This document shows positions 17,503 through 31,776 of a stretch of DNA of 64,000 nt, one piece after another (position 1 is the stretch's first letter; every line of letters starts with the position of its first letter). The position numbers and the translations under genes are program-made. This DNA is from the human T2T-CHM13v2.0 reference genome, Homo sapiens. The stretch is taken from the NCBI RefSeq assembly GCF_009914755.1, contig NC_060941.1; one strand, written 5' to 3'. The notes under the pieces were generated by a model. The model was not told where the DNA came from. It saw only the letters and a program-made list of their open reading frames with translations, and did no database searches.

Positions 17503-17703
17503 TGTTGGCAAAGAAGGCAGCTCTAAGAATGTCTCCTGCGTGGGTGCCCTCGTATGCTGTGAAGACAGACTATGCTCAGGAGTGGAGGCCTTCATTCTCT
17601 GTGGTCACGACACAGGGTGGGGTATGCTGGCCACAGCCTCTACCCTTCCAGAATCAGAGAACCATGCCTTCCTCCTGGTCCAAGACTGTGAGTGGTTGGG
17701 ACA
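17503..17703 (+). repeat. Left arm of 201-bp inverted repeat
   Basis: Reverse complement of 18306-18506; 12 mismatches and no gaps by manual alignment. Confidence 0.97.
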
Positions 17704-18305
17704 TTTGACTAAAGCCAGAAAAAAATGTATCTCTGCCCCCTTTTCCTCGAAAGCAAAAAGTGAGTTTTATCGGTGATGAAACTCAGAAATGCTCATAACC
17801 CTGAATTACCATGTATGGGAGTTGACTGCAACTGTGGTGAAAATCAGACCAGAGGAGGAAGGAGATGCGAGATTCCTGCTTCTACAAACCTTAGAGTCTG
17901 ACAAAGCAGGACCTTAGAGATTAAAGTTCACGACCCCTGGCCAGAAAGGACAGTGGGCAGGCTGGGAGAGCTTCCTAAGTCCTGGCTTAAGGTTACCTCA
18001 GCGGCAGAGCCCAACAAGGGAAGGGAGAAACATCACCCTTCCAATAAGCAAGTTTCAGAATAGCAGGGAGGCTGCGGGTGGTTAGCAGCCCAGAAGAGCT
18101 GCAGAGGAGTAAAAGATGAACCAATAGATGCCCAAACATGTGGCCTGCTGGTGTGGCACAGGGTGAGGGCGTGGCTTTACTGGGAGCCAGGGAGACTCCT
18201 CTCAGCCCAGAACAGCCATAACCCAGTGGAGAGAATTAGTGAGAGCGTGGACCAGCGACCAAAATCCAGTTTGCCTGACACTTAGCTTCCTCCCAGTCCC
18301 TGAAG

Positions 18306-18506
18306 TGTCCCATCCACTTACAGTCTTGGACCAGGAGGAAGGCATGGTTCTCTGATTCTGGAAGGGCAGAGGCTGTGGCCAGCATGCCCCACCCTGTGCT
18401 GTGACCACAGAGAATGAAGGCACCCACTCCTGAGCATAGTCTGTCTTCACTGCATGCGAGGGCACCGACGCAGGAGAGATTCTTAGAGCTGCCTTCTTTG
18501 CCAACA
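18306..18506 (-). repeat. Right arm of 201-bp inverted repeat
   Basis: As above; also visible as near-identical ORF translations 17502..17708(+) and 18202..18504(-). Confidence 0.97.
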
Positions 18507-19309
18507 GTCAGCTGAGGAACTACGCACCCTGAGCTGAAAGAGCAATATAACCCAGAAGAAAGCAACATCTGTGCAAAGGAACTTTAGGAATAAAAGGAGC
18601 AAGGAGGATGATGATCAGCATGTTGATGGAGGCCCCAGAAAAACTATGCCCAAAGCGGGTCAAAATGATGAGTTCGGAGCTCTTCATACCAGTGCTCAAG
18701 GCAAGAGGGGAGGATAACATGAGTGGGAACAGTGTGCTTCAGGACTGTCAGTGCAAGGAGAGGAAGCAGGCAGAATTGATCCATAAACTCCCACCTCCCG
18801 CTGGGTAGTGGTTCATAGGGTATAAATGCCCAGCACTTCCGTGTCACACATGTGTGGATGCTGCACAAGTTTTCCTGATGTTCCATGCCTCGGCCTTAAT
18901 AGCAAAGCCTGAGGAGGGAGGTGAGGGGTGCAAGGCTCATGCCTGAGGCAAGGCCCCGTCCGGTTGTGCCTGCAGGAAGCCAAGCCGATGACCACAGATC
19001 TGGTGGCTGCAGTGATGCCTAGAGCAAGAGACACGTTGGCTAACATGTGCATAGTACATAAAGTTAAGGAGGTAACCATGAAGAGAAATTAAAATAAGTT
19101 TATAAGCTTCTCAAATTATCAGAAGGAAAACATTTGAAAGGAGATAAAGAAAATAGGCCATATAATGACACATTTTTAAAACAACAAGATGCATTAAAAA
19201 TTTTAAAAAGCGTAAACAAAATGATGAACCAACTAAGAACAAACATGAATGTCTTCTGCGTACATAATTTGCAGATGAGATAAACTCTTATTAAAGGAAA
19301 GTGCTCTCA

Positions 19310-19722
<413 letters not shown>

Positions 19723-20378
19723 TCATACCTGGCAAGTGCAGTGAAAGGCAAACAGAAGTCAAAGCATCAGTATCCACCAAGGTTGAATTTAAGGCGAAAA
19801 GCACGAAGCAAGAGGCCAAAAAGAGCCTTTCACAAATGGATACAATCTTAATGATCTGTCATGAATATTTTTGCATCCGTATGTGGCAATGAATTTATTT
19901 TAGAAAAAACAGAAAAATCAAAGGAAAGAAGAGATAAATACAATAGTAATGGGTAACTTCGTTTCTCAGCCCATGATAGATTAAATAGATAAAAATAAGT
20001 GAACCTAAAAGTAACAAAGTAATTAATAAAGTAAAATTAATAAATTATGACTAATAAAGTAAAACAATGTAACTGCAGCTCAGCAATGGATAAGACACTC
20101 TTGCTATGCCTGAAACATCTGTTGGAATGTTTATCAAAGTGGCCATATAGGATATTAGGACATAAAATAACACTTAATACATTCCAAAGAGTAGAAATAA
20201 TAAGGAAGACAGTCTCTGATTGTAATTTGATAACATCAGATAATAATAACAATAAAATATAACCACCACAAAGGCCTGTCACTTAAACAATCAAACACCC
20301 CCAACTCCCAAAAAACACACCGTTATGTTAGGAAATCTAAAGCAAAATTGCAGAATATTTTCAAAATAAGATCAATTA

Positions 20379-20695
<317 letters not shown>

Positions 20696-20701
20696 CTATG
20701 T

Positions 20702-20997
<296 letters not shown>

Positions 20998-21586
20998 CTA
21001 TGTACCTAAGCTGATGGACTACAACCAGAGCAGTGCTCAGAAAAAAGTCATGATCTTAAGTATTTATGTTATTAATTTTAAAAATGAATATAAATGAATA
21101 AATGAATTAGGGGCTTAGCTCCAAAAATTAGGATAACAAGAAGACCAATATAAGCTTAAGAAAAACAAAAGAAGGAACTGCCAAAGATAAGGACAGAAAT
21201 CCATGAATTAAAAATAGCAGAACTAACAAATACAAAAGCTAGTACTTTGTTGGGGCAGGTGGGGACAATACAATAAGTAAGCACTAGTTAACATAATTAA
21301 GAAAATAGAAAAGAGGAAAGCTACAAATATATTAAATTAGAAATGTGAGCAAGAGAAATGGCCAAAGATAAAGTGACACCAAAGGAATAACAGTAGATAC
21401 AGAGAAACTTAAAATAATCAATTTCATTGACCAACCCTCCTGCAGTTACATTTGCCACCCCAGCCCTGCCTCAATCATCCCCACATTCATACTCTAGTAT
21501 CGCTATCTCCAGCACTAAGAACCGGTTCAAGCATTCCAGTTCTAAAGCCCCATGGAGACCTCCAGTTGGAGATGACTTACTGTTAA

Positions 21587-21899
<313 letters not shown>

Positions 21900-22259
21900 T
21901 ATCCCCTCCTTTTGACTTCACTTCCCTCCTCATCCTGCAATAGATCATCATAACAACCATCTCCTCCTTGCCTTTCTTCCCTGTCCTCTTTTCTAAGGAA
22001 ATCTAAACCCTGACTGATCCAGCATCCATCTTCTAGGTGTCTCCACTCAGGCAACTGACCATTGCTCAAATGCATCACACAACGAGGATGGCCCAGGAAG
22101 GCAGGATCTTTCCTCTGTTTTAGGATTGTGTGTGTGTGTTGAGGGGCGGGTGTATGCACACACTCATGTATTTTTGGAACTCCCAGAGCCTCCCAACCTC
22201 ACCCTAGCAGATTTCAGAAGTTACATGTGGTTTAGGGGAAAAAAAAGCGTCTTCAGGGA

Positions 22260-22760
22260 TGTGGTGGCCAGTTTCCAAGATGGCGCCCTTGATCCCTGCC
22301 TCCTGTTATTCATGTTCTTGTGTAGCCACCCCCCACATTGTACCACGGTGGGTCTGTATGACCAATAGAATATTGCAGAAGTGATAATATAGCATTTCTG
22401 AAATTAGGTTATAAAATTCACTGAGGCTTTGAGCTTGGTCTCTCTCTGTGTCTGTGTGCCTCTCTTTTATCACTCACCTGGGGGAAGTTGGTTGCCATCC
22501 CTTTGGAGAATCCCATGTGGTGAGGAAATGAATGAAGCTCTCTTCCAACAGCCGCATACGTACATTTAGGAGAGATTCCTTCAGCCTCAGTCGAGCTCCA
22601 GCTGATACCATCATTGCAGTCTTGCAAGAGACTGAGGCAAAGCAACCCAGCTAAGCTGCCGCCAGATTACTGACCCACAGAAATGGAGGAAATAAATATC
22701 CGTTGTTTTAAGCCACTAGGTTTGGGATAATTTGTTGTGTTGCAATAGATAAGTAATGCA
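22260..22760 (+). mobile_element. MaLR LTR, MLT1F-like
   Basis: TGTGGTGGCCAGTTTCCAAGATGGCGCCC...GCAATAGATAAGTAATGCA; internal AATAAA; YY1 consensus CAAGATGGCG. Confidence 0.85.
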
Positions 22761-23030
22761 AAGGAATACCACACCAGCCCATGTTTGGGGATCATTGCTG
22801 TTCACTGTGCTGCAATGTGGCTCATAGGCTGAAGCCCACAGGAATGCTCAGAAAATGGGATCAGAAGCACATGGCTGTCAGCCATGGTGTCACACGCCCC
22901 ACCTGGACAGTCATGGGGAAATGAGGTATTCTTTGTGAGTGCTTTGAGGCTGACACCTGCCCCTCGGGTGTTACCGGTATCGTCTGTGTTTCAAATGATT
23001 ATTCTGTGTGTTAATTTCAAATTTTCATTC

Positions 23031-23055
23031 TGTGTGTGTGTGTGTGTGTGTGTGT
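23031..23055. repeat. (TG)n microsatellite
   Basis: Read directly. Confidence 0.9.
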
Positions 23056-23590
23056 ACATGCACCCACACAAACACACTTTTTCTTGCAAGTTTATTTGAA
23101 AGTAAATTGCAGACATGATGACACTTCACCTCCTGAGTACTTCAACACGTGCCTTCCAAGTGTAAGAATCTTCTCTTACACAGCACAGTTATCAAACAAA
23201 TGCATTTGGCATTCAAGCATTAACATCGTCTACTATGCAGTCCGTATTCAAACTGTATTCAAACAGTTCTTGAATCTACCAAAACTGTCTCTTCCAGCCT
23301 AGGTTCCCCTGAAAAATGAGCTTGAGGCTTGTCCCCTGGCTCCTGTCTCTCCTGGTCAGTGATGACCTCAGGGGCATTAACAGCCTTGCACATCCAGCCT
23401 GGACATGGGCATTCCATGCTAGGGGGCTCAGAGAAACACCCAGGCTGAAATCAAGGGGCCCATAGCAGCTCAAGCCTGAAGAGAGACCTTGTCAGCCCGC
23501 ATCTGCATAAAGCTGATTAAAGCCAGCATGGAATGTTGCTAAAGCAATGGCTAGAGAGAGGGGGAGCTAAGAGAATTTGGAAAGACATAG

Positions 23591-23836
<246 letters not shown>

Positions 23837-24476
23837 TAGACTCTTTAATTTCAAAATATCTTCCTACCTTTAAATCTTTAAATCTTTATATAAATATATG
23901 AAATGCTTTAAATCATTATATATGTATCTATATATTCATATATATGATGACATTGTCATTTTTGAAGAGTCCAAGTCATCAGAATATGCTAATTATGTCT
24001 TCATGATTAGACTAAAGTTTTGAGTAGAGTATCATATATATGTTTTGTACTTCCCATTACGTTATCTCAAGAGTTACATAATGTCAGTTTGTCCCAATTT
24101 TGGTGATGTTAAATTTGATCACCTGGTTAAGTTGTTATCCACCAGCTCTCCCTGTTGCATGAGTACATTTTTTTTTTTTTTTTTTGTAATTAACAAGTAA
24201 CTGTGGGGTGATACTTGGAGACTGCGTGAATATCCTATTCTCCCACATCATCTCATCCAGTGGTTTTGATGTCCATTGATGATTCTTGCCTATATCTATT
24301 ATTACATTGTTGGATGCAAAATGGTGATTTGGGCATGCAGATTTGGAGAGATTTGAGATGACGAGGCTAAGGTTCAGAGAGGTTAGGCTAGGACCCAAAC
24401 ATGGGGCTTTCTGACTCAATGTCTAGACTGTTTCCATTTCTCCCTGCTGTAAGATGGCCTGCTCCTTACCCTTTAC

Positions 24477-24599
24477 CTTTGCATGACGGGGCATGGCAGT
24501 CTCGCTGCAGGACCGGATGCCATGACACCTGGATCCTCAACATCCTGCCTGTCTGGTAGAGGGCTATGAAGATTTAAGACTCCTCAAGGCCTCAGGCTC
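24477..24599 (-). other. Candidate spliced exon (123 nt), non-coding or UTR-containing
   Basis: Minus strand: ~30-nt pyrimidine tract ending TTTGCAG, exon ends AAG|GTAAAG with alternative GG|GTAAGG 7 nt on; stops in all three frames. Confidence 0.35.
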
Positions 24600-25484
24600 C
24601 TGCAAAGAGACAGCAAGAGAAGGAGGCATGAAGGATGGTGGGGGTGGTGATTGATGTCCATGACTCACTACAGCTGTTGGGCATGGATACCATCACGAGG
24701 AGGAATCTGGAGACCACAGTGTTTGAATCTGCATCTGGGCTGGTGGATCAGGACTTGTCATAGCAGTACCTCTGGTCATGTCTAACATCTCAGCCACCAC
24801 CTATCCACACACAGGCGTCCTTTTGCCCCAAGAGACTTATTTCAAGCCTGTTGCTCCTCAAGGAAGTACCTCAACATGCCGGTGTGCATATGTGCCACGC
24901 TGCTAGTAATTTGTTACTAATAATAAATGACTGGCATTTGCAAATGCTTTCATCTTTTTTAAAAAAATAAAAATTAGAGAGAATTCAAGGTGATCTCTAT
25001 AACAGTCTCCAAGGTTTGCCTTCTTGCATGGAAAGTGATGACGTTTTATCTGTGAGATGGAAATTACACATGAGAATTTGTCTTGAGTGTTAAGGGGAAA
25101 TGTGACTAAGAACTGACATTTCAATAGAAAGTATGTGGGTATGTCATATTTTCCTACTCCCTGGATGCTGATAGTCAGTGGTCAATAATCTGCAAGGTAC
25201 TGACTATTAAGAGATTCAGGGAAAACTCTGGTGACAAAGACCTCTGTTCTGCCCATTATCCAGAAAAGACAGCCCAAATAAGTAGCCCATTTGGCTGGCT
25301 GAGCTGCAGGCTCGTAGGTTTGAAAGCCTGAAGGAGCGTGACTAGAAACAACAGCTGTGGAACATTCACAGTTTTCACAACCCATCCTCACAAGTGTCTG
25401 GGGTCAGGCAATATTCTCATGATGGTCTTTGGATTTTTTTGGATCACCAGGCTGCTCAGCTCCATGAAGCTCAAGTGGGAAATT

Positions 25485-25595
25485 CAGGTAACCAACCTTT
25501 CTGGTTTGTCTGGGACTGTTCCAGTTTAGTACTGAGAGTTCTGCATCCCAGGAGACCCCCTATTCCCAGACAAAACAGGATGGTTGGTCACCATA
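25485..25595 (+). mobile_element. MER81 (hAT-Blackjack MITE)
   Basis: TIRs GGTAACCAACC...GGATGGTTGGTCACCATA, ~110 bp palindromic. Confidence 0.85.
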
Positions 25596-26227
25596 ACTGG
25601 CATAGAATCCTGTCTAGATCTGAGAAAGCCACTTTCACTTATCTGGAAAATATATTGCATCAGTCAATCTGGGATAACTTCTGGCTTTGGTCCCTAGAGG
25701 AAGAATGACACTCATAGCGAGTCAAAAGAGGAAATTCTGCCTTGTCTGCAATTCGGTTCACACTTCACACACATGGTATCTTCTGGAAGGTTCTCTGTGC
25801 CTCTAGGTCCACATATGCACACCCATGCGGTGCATGGCAAAATTCCTTGCAGTTTAACTTGGCACCAATTTTGTTCGTTCGTTTGTTTGTTTGTTTTACA
25901 AAATAGCTCTTATTAAGCTCACAATGTTCTACTGATTTCTAAACCTAGGGGCTCCTCTCTGTCATCATCCTATGTCATTCAACAGTCACATAGGAAATCC
26001 AGAGGAATGACTCTGTGGACAATTAATTAGAATTAATAAGTGAATTTTGCAAGGGCGCTGGATTAAAGCTCAATATAAGTCAATTGTATTCATATATACT
26101 AGCAATAAACTACTAGAAAAGTAAGTTTTAAAATAGTGTTTATTATAGCATCTAACCCCATCAAACGCCCAGAAAATACCTAGACGTAAATCTAATCAAA
26201 GATGTGTAAGAAGGCACTCTCTAACAC

Positions 26228-26411
26228 CGGAGATTCTTAAGCTTCAGCGTTCATCAGAATCACCCAGGGGGTTTATTAAAACACAAACTGCTGGGCCACA
26301 AACCCGGAGTTTCTGATTCAGGCGTTCTGGGGTGGGGCTGGAGAATTTGCATACCTTGTTGTCAGGGGGAGCTGGTGCCGTCGGCTGTGGACCACATTTT
26401 GAGAACTTCTG
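26228..26411 (-). mobile_element. MER5A (hAT-Charlie)
   Basis: CATCAGAATCACC...GAATTTGCAT...GGACCACATTTTGAGAACTTCTG. Confidence 0.85.
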
Positions 26412-26469
26412 CTCAACTCTGAAAACTAGAAAACATGCACCTGTCACTTTCTGAGGGTTCACTCCCTGG

Positions 26470-26920
26470 AAGTCTTTTCATCCTTAGTTCCCGAGGCACC
26501 ACATACTCCTGGTTTCAGTCCTGCTCCTTCTCCTTCAGTTGGCTGGTTTTCTCATTCTCCACCCACTGCTCAGACTTTCAGCTCCTGCGGGCCCTGTCCT
26601 CAGTGCCCATCTCACTTTGCACACCCTCCATGGGCATATACCCACACTTGTGTTCTCTGATGGTTCATAAGTTTCCAGCCCATGGCTCTCCTGGGAGCTC
26701 CAGGTTGTCACGTTTCCACCCACCCCCTGGACAGTTCCAGTTGGATGTTCTGCAGCTTCTTTAGCCTGCACGGCCCAAACTGAACTCCTTTTCTTCTCTA
26801 TAAACCTTCTCTTTCCCGTCTTGTTCATGTTTGAAAAGAGATCAACTTCCCCGTTCAACTAGTCACCCAAACAAGAAACTAGGGCATCATCCCACACACT
26901 TCTTTCCCAATTCCTACCTC
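26470..26920 (+). mobile_element. L2 fragment
   Basis: CTCCTGGTTTC...CTCCTTCTC...CCAGTTGGATGTTCTGCAG...CCCAAACTGAACTC motifs. Confidence 0.6.
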
Positions 26921-28507
26921 ACTTCTAGGAGATTTGCAGGACAGAGGGGAGAGGGGCCTGGCTATCCCATAGCACTTCCACTGGTCCCTGTGTTGAGGGT
27001 GAGGGTGAAAATTAATCACAACCGTGCGAACAGACACAAGAAGCCATATAATGATCAAGATACAGTAACAACTTTATTACAACAGGGGTGCATTGGTGGA
27101 CTCATGTTGCACTGAGCCCGAAATATGTCATATAAGTCTTTTTCTCCTGAATTTTATTTACCACCCAGTGAGGGCTGGAATGCCTGAAGAATCTGGGCTC
27201 CCCCTGGGTGTGTATGTCTGCTGGTGGATTCGGGAATCCTGCCCCTGAGCCTACTGCATAGCAGAAGCAGCTGGAAGGAGACTGCTGTGGTTCATGAGAA
27301 AAGCTGGGCAGTCCTTGGTTGGTGGTTTTTCTTTACACCAACTTCTCCATCAGATAAGAGTTTCCTCTTCTTGAGGGAAGGAGTTAAGAGAAAGATGAAA
27401 AAATATTCCCCCAATCCTGTCCCATTCTGGGAAGTGGAATGGAAGCTTCCTCTCCACAGAAACACAAGGAGAGGGTGATGAGCATTCCACCCCTAAAAGG
27501 CCCTGTATACTCTTGAATGAGTCACTGAACCTCTTTGAGCCTCAGTTTCCCCATCTGTAAATAAAGGCCCTTAGAACAAAAGCCGTGAAGGTCCTTCCAA
27601 GCTTTCAGATTTCATTAAATCCTATGAATATGGAAAGGCTGTGCTTCTACAGGTTTTCCAGCTGAGAGCCTGCAGGTAATTTGTCATTTAATTACTCCAT
27701 GAGAAGTTGGCAGCTCAGCCCTCTCTGGGGGCCCAGAGAATGCTCCTGCAAAGATCAGTGTGGCTTGCATCCTACATGGCTGAGAAATGAAAGGAGTCAG
27801 AACACAATCCAACGCAGTGTCTGGCAGACACAAAAAGGAAGATTCGCATCTCATTTATTCTTTTATTCCTCATGTAGATATCCAGCATCTACTGGGGACC
27901 CTTTGTTAAGAGTTGGGGTGGCTGAAATCCACATAGCCTAGGCTGTCAGTCAGGTCAGAATACAGCCAGGGAGTTAAGAGATAGGCACAACCAACTGTTT
28001 AAAACACACACACACACACACACACAAAGAGTAATCAGGGCTCTAAGAAAAATAGAAAAGAAAAACCCTGTAAGGTCAGTGCTGGAAGGGCAGGGCAGCT
28101 CCTGCTAAGAGGGAGCAGAGAGGGAAGCCTTCTTGGAGAAGGTGATAATAGCTCCTGGGTTAGAAAGCTCTGGGCCTGCAGAGACTGGCTGTGAAGGGGC
28201 TTTCCAGGGGGGAAGAATGACATGAGCTGAAACAGAAGCCTGGTAGCATGGGGACAGGAAAGAATTCTGTTTCACCTGAACGGAAGGCATGGAGGGGAAG
28301 AGGCGTGATGGATCCAAGACAGGACGTTGACCTCACCCTGGAGATCTCCCTCATGCCCATTCCCTGTCCATCCCCCAGCCCCAAAGCAACCTCCAATCTG
28401 ATTTCTCTCTCCATAGGCCAGTCTTCCTATTCTAGAGTTTCATAGAAATGGGAATCCTACTGCATGTTCTCCTATATTTGGCTTCTTTCATTCGACACCC
28501 TACTTTT

Positions 28508-28829
<322 letters not shown>

Positions 28830-29135
28830 TCATCCACGTAGTATAACATGTATCAATAGACTTTGTTTCTTTCCATTTTTGCTGAGTAGTATTTCACTGT
28901 ATGGCTGTGCCACAGTTTATCCACTCTCCTGAGAATGGACATCTGGATTACTTCTGTTTTCTGACTATCATGAAAAAGCTATGAACAATCTCATACAAGG
29001 CTTTCTGTGGACATATGCTTTTATTTCTCTTGGATAAATACCTAGTAGAGAAACATCAAGTCCATAGGGTAGATGCATGTTTAACTCTTAAAGAAATTGG
29101 CAGAGGGTTTCCCAATGTGGCCCCTGTCCCTTTCT

Positions 29136-29197
29136 AGCTAGGAATTTCTCTTTGCTTCAGAAATAAAGCTAGGAATTTCTCTTTGCTTCAGAAATAA
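29136..29197. repeat. Perfect 31-bp tandem duplication
   Basis: AGCTAGGAATTTCTCTTTGCTTCAGAAATAA x2. Confidence 0.95.
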
Positions 29198-29909
29198 CAG
29201 GACAGACACACATTTTAAAAAGAAGCATTCTCCGCTTCTGGGCTTCTCTTGTCCCAGACACCAGTGACTAAGCCCTGGAAAAATATCAAAACAATTCTAA
29301 AATTAGGTTCTCGTTGCAACCTGCACGTCCAGCTGTTATGCTTAGCATCCTACCTCCCCTCTCCCGAATGAAGCTCATTCCATGAATATTCAAAATAATC
29401 GGTGTTGCATCTTTGAAGACTGCCTCAGTCCCAGCTTCAATCCTTCCAAAAAGACCTGTCATGTGTGTGAGTGAGAGACGGGGTAGTTCAAGTACAGACA
29501 GTCTGCTCTGAGCAGACACTTTCTGTGAAAGCCTGAAGACTCTGAAGCTCTGGTGAATTGGCCAGGGAGTGGAGAAAGCCGCTTCTGCCAGTCTGCATTT
29601 TCTACAGACTTGTTTTTATACCTTATGTTTATTGGGTTCTTACCCAGCCATCTCATAGGAAGAAATCCCTTAGAGGCCATCTGTATTTTACAAGTGAAAG
29701 TTTGGAGAGAAAAATGCCACTGTCTGCGGTTGCCCAGGGAGTGCGTGGCCAAGCTGAAGCTGTGTCTCTTCAGTTCTTTCTCTGCTGTAGACCTCAACTC
29801 CTCCCAATTTTAGTGGGTATTCATTGTTCCTCTTCCCCTTATTAAAGCTCATCCCTGCATATTAGTGCTTCTGTCCTTACCTAAAAGCAAGGTCAGGAGG
29901 TTGAAGGAG

Positions 29910-30538
29910 GTCATATTCCAGGTCCAGGTCTGTTCTGCCCAGGCACACAGAATCACTGTGGCATGAGTTTTGCAAAAGAGAAAGGATTTATTTGCAAGGG
30001 CACCACGTGAGGATGCAGGAGAACATCTCTCACATCCGTCTCCCCACAGGTAAGCCTTGTGGATATTTATGGGCTAGAGAAGTGGAGTGGTCTAAGTGTG
30101 GGGAATGGTGATTAGCAGTGGAGGAAAATGAAGTAATAAGTTCATTCTGTGCAAGCGTAGTCAGGGTTCATGGCATTTCATGGGACACAGGTACAGAAAA
30201 TGATGGTGTTAGCATGATCTGAGGGTGGAGGGTGGAGTTTTTGGCCCTCCGATATAAAAAGACCACCGCTTGGTCACTTGAGCAGGCCCAGTTGAATGGT
30301 TGGTGATGTCCACTGGTTCAGGAGCTAGCCCTAGTTCCTGAAAAACAACTAAAGCAATCATTACCATGTGGCCTGCGAATGTTAGCTATAAAGTAGCCAG
30401 TGAAGGTTAAGTTGCAGCATTCAGCCCCAAGGCCTTCAGCTACCTTAAGCTTCATGGAAAAAGAGGAAAAATAATAAGAAGCAAGCAACTAAAAGCAAGC
30501 AGGCAGGTAGACCTGGTGAAATTAGCCCCTCAGTTTCA
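29910..30538 (-). mobile_element. ERV1 solo LTR (LTR8/LTR26/MER4-group-like)
   Basis: Minus strand starts TGAAACTGAGG; antisense poly(A) signal TTTATT ~29987; left boundary approximate. Confidence 0.65.
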
Positions 30539-31633
30539 ATGGCAGCATGGCAAGAGAGCCCTTCAGGGAGTGTCTATGGGCGAAGGTGCTAAATGCATCT
30601 CTGTTGACCACCGTCTCTCTCAGGTTCAGTCCTTCAGTGAGGGCCAACTCTTGAGACACCGAGAACCTTCTTACTCCCAGCCTAGAGGAGATTCCAGAAA
30701 TCTGAGCTCCTCCCAGAGCCAGAAATGGAGGCGAGTTCTGGTGCCTGGAACCCAGCCCTTTTGCATTCTTCTGGGAATAACAAAAGCCTTCTGCCTATGG
30801 CCTGGAGCACAGTGGGTTGTTGAAGGGCCATCTCTAAGGCATATGCAGTGCCTGGCCCAGGCTGAGGGATGGAGAGACCGAGCTCCCTCATTCCCTGATG
30901 CAGCGTGTCTGTGCATGTGTGGCTGGGGCAGGCTCTGCTGAGCTCCTTCTGAGGGCAGAGCCAGAGAACATCCAATTCTTCTCGGCATCTTCTTGGACTT
31001 CTCTGGGCGTGAGCTCCGCTCTAACCACCCTGTCAAGAAAGAGGGCAGGGGAGGTGGCCGAGCTGCTCCCCACCTTCCTGGAGGGAGGTTTTTATCAAAG
31101 TTCTGCAGGTCCAGCCAAAGAATACTCTTCCCTGAGCTGTGCCTCTAGGAGCGCCGGGGTCTATGTGGGGACGCTTCTAGGCAGGAGCTGCCCTTATGGG
31201 TCTCACCACTCCTCGCACCCTTATCCTCTTTCCTTCCTTTACCCACCAGGATGGTGTCAGTGGTGGTCAGGGTGGAAAGGGAAATCCCTTCTTCACCACG
31301 GGTGTCATGCCCTTGACTCCTGACTGACAGGACCTTCTCCAGGTCAGTGACTCATCTGATAACCTTGGGTCAGTCCCAGCCCCCTCCTCGTTCCTGGCTC
31401 CACATAGTTCTGTGTTACTCCAGGGGTGGTGCCAAGGCTTCCATAAGGCCACAGGTATGACTGGAGAAGCTTCTGCCTCTGTGAGGACCCTTGTTGGAGG
31501 AATAGGTGGCCTGAGGGTCCATGGGTTGGAGCCCAGAGTGGATGTATCTGAGGTCATAGCTTCCAGTCACTTAAAAAAGCCCATTAGATTTAGGACAGTC
31601 AACTCCGTGGCCACACAGAGAGTCCTGACTCCA

Positions 31634-31776
31634 GCAGAAGGACACCTCTCCCATCCGTCTCCCCACAGGTAAGACTTGGGGATATTTTGGGGCTAGAGAA
31701 GCGGAGTGGCCTAAAGTGTGGGGAAAGGGGATTAGCTGTGGCGAGAAATGAAGTAATAGGTTCATTCTGTGCAGCG
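31634..31776 (-). repeat. Isolated 143-bp direct copy of LTR segment 30015-30157
   Basis: About 87% identity by manual alignment (17 substitutions, 2 single-base indels). Confidence 0.9.

Noticed and set aside
17502-18504. Two near-identical ORFs on opposite strands suggesting paralogous genes
   Set aside because: A consequence of the DNA inverted repeat; non-ATG starts and no recognised homology
24660-24905. Coding-looking plus-strand stretch with a faint resemblance to the TGF-beta LGW..WII motif
   Set aside because: No consistent frame or cysteine pattern
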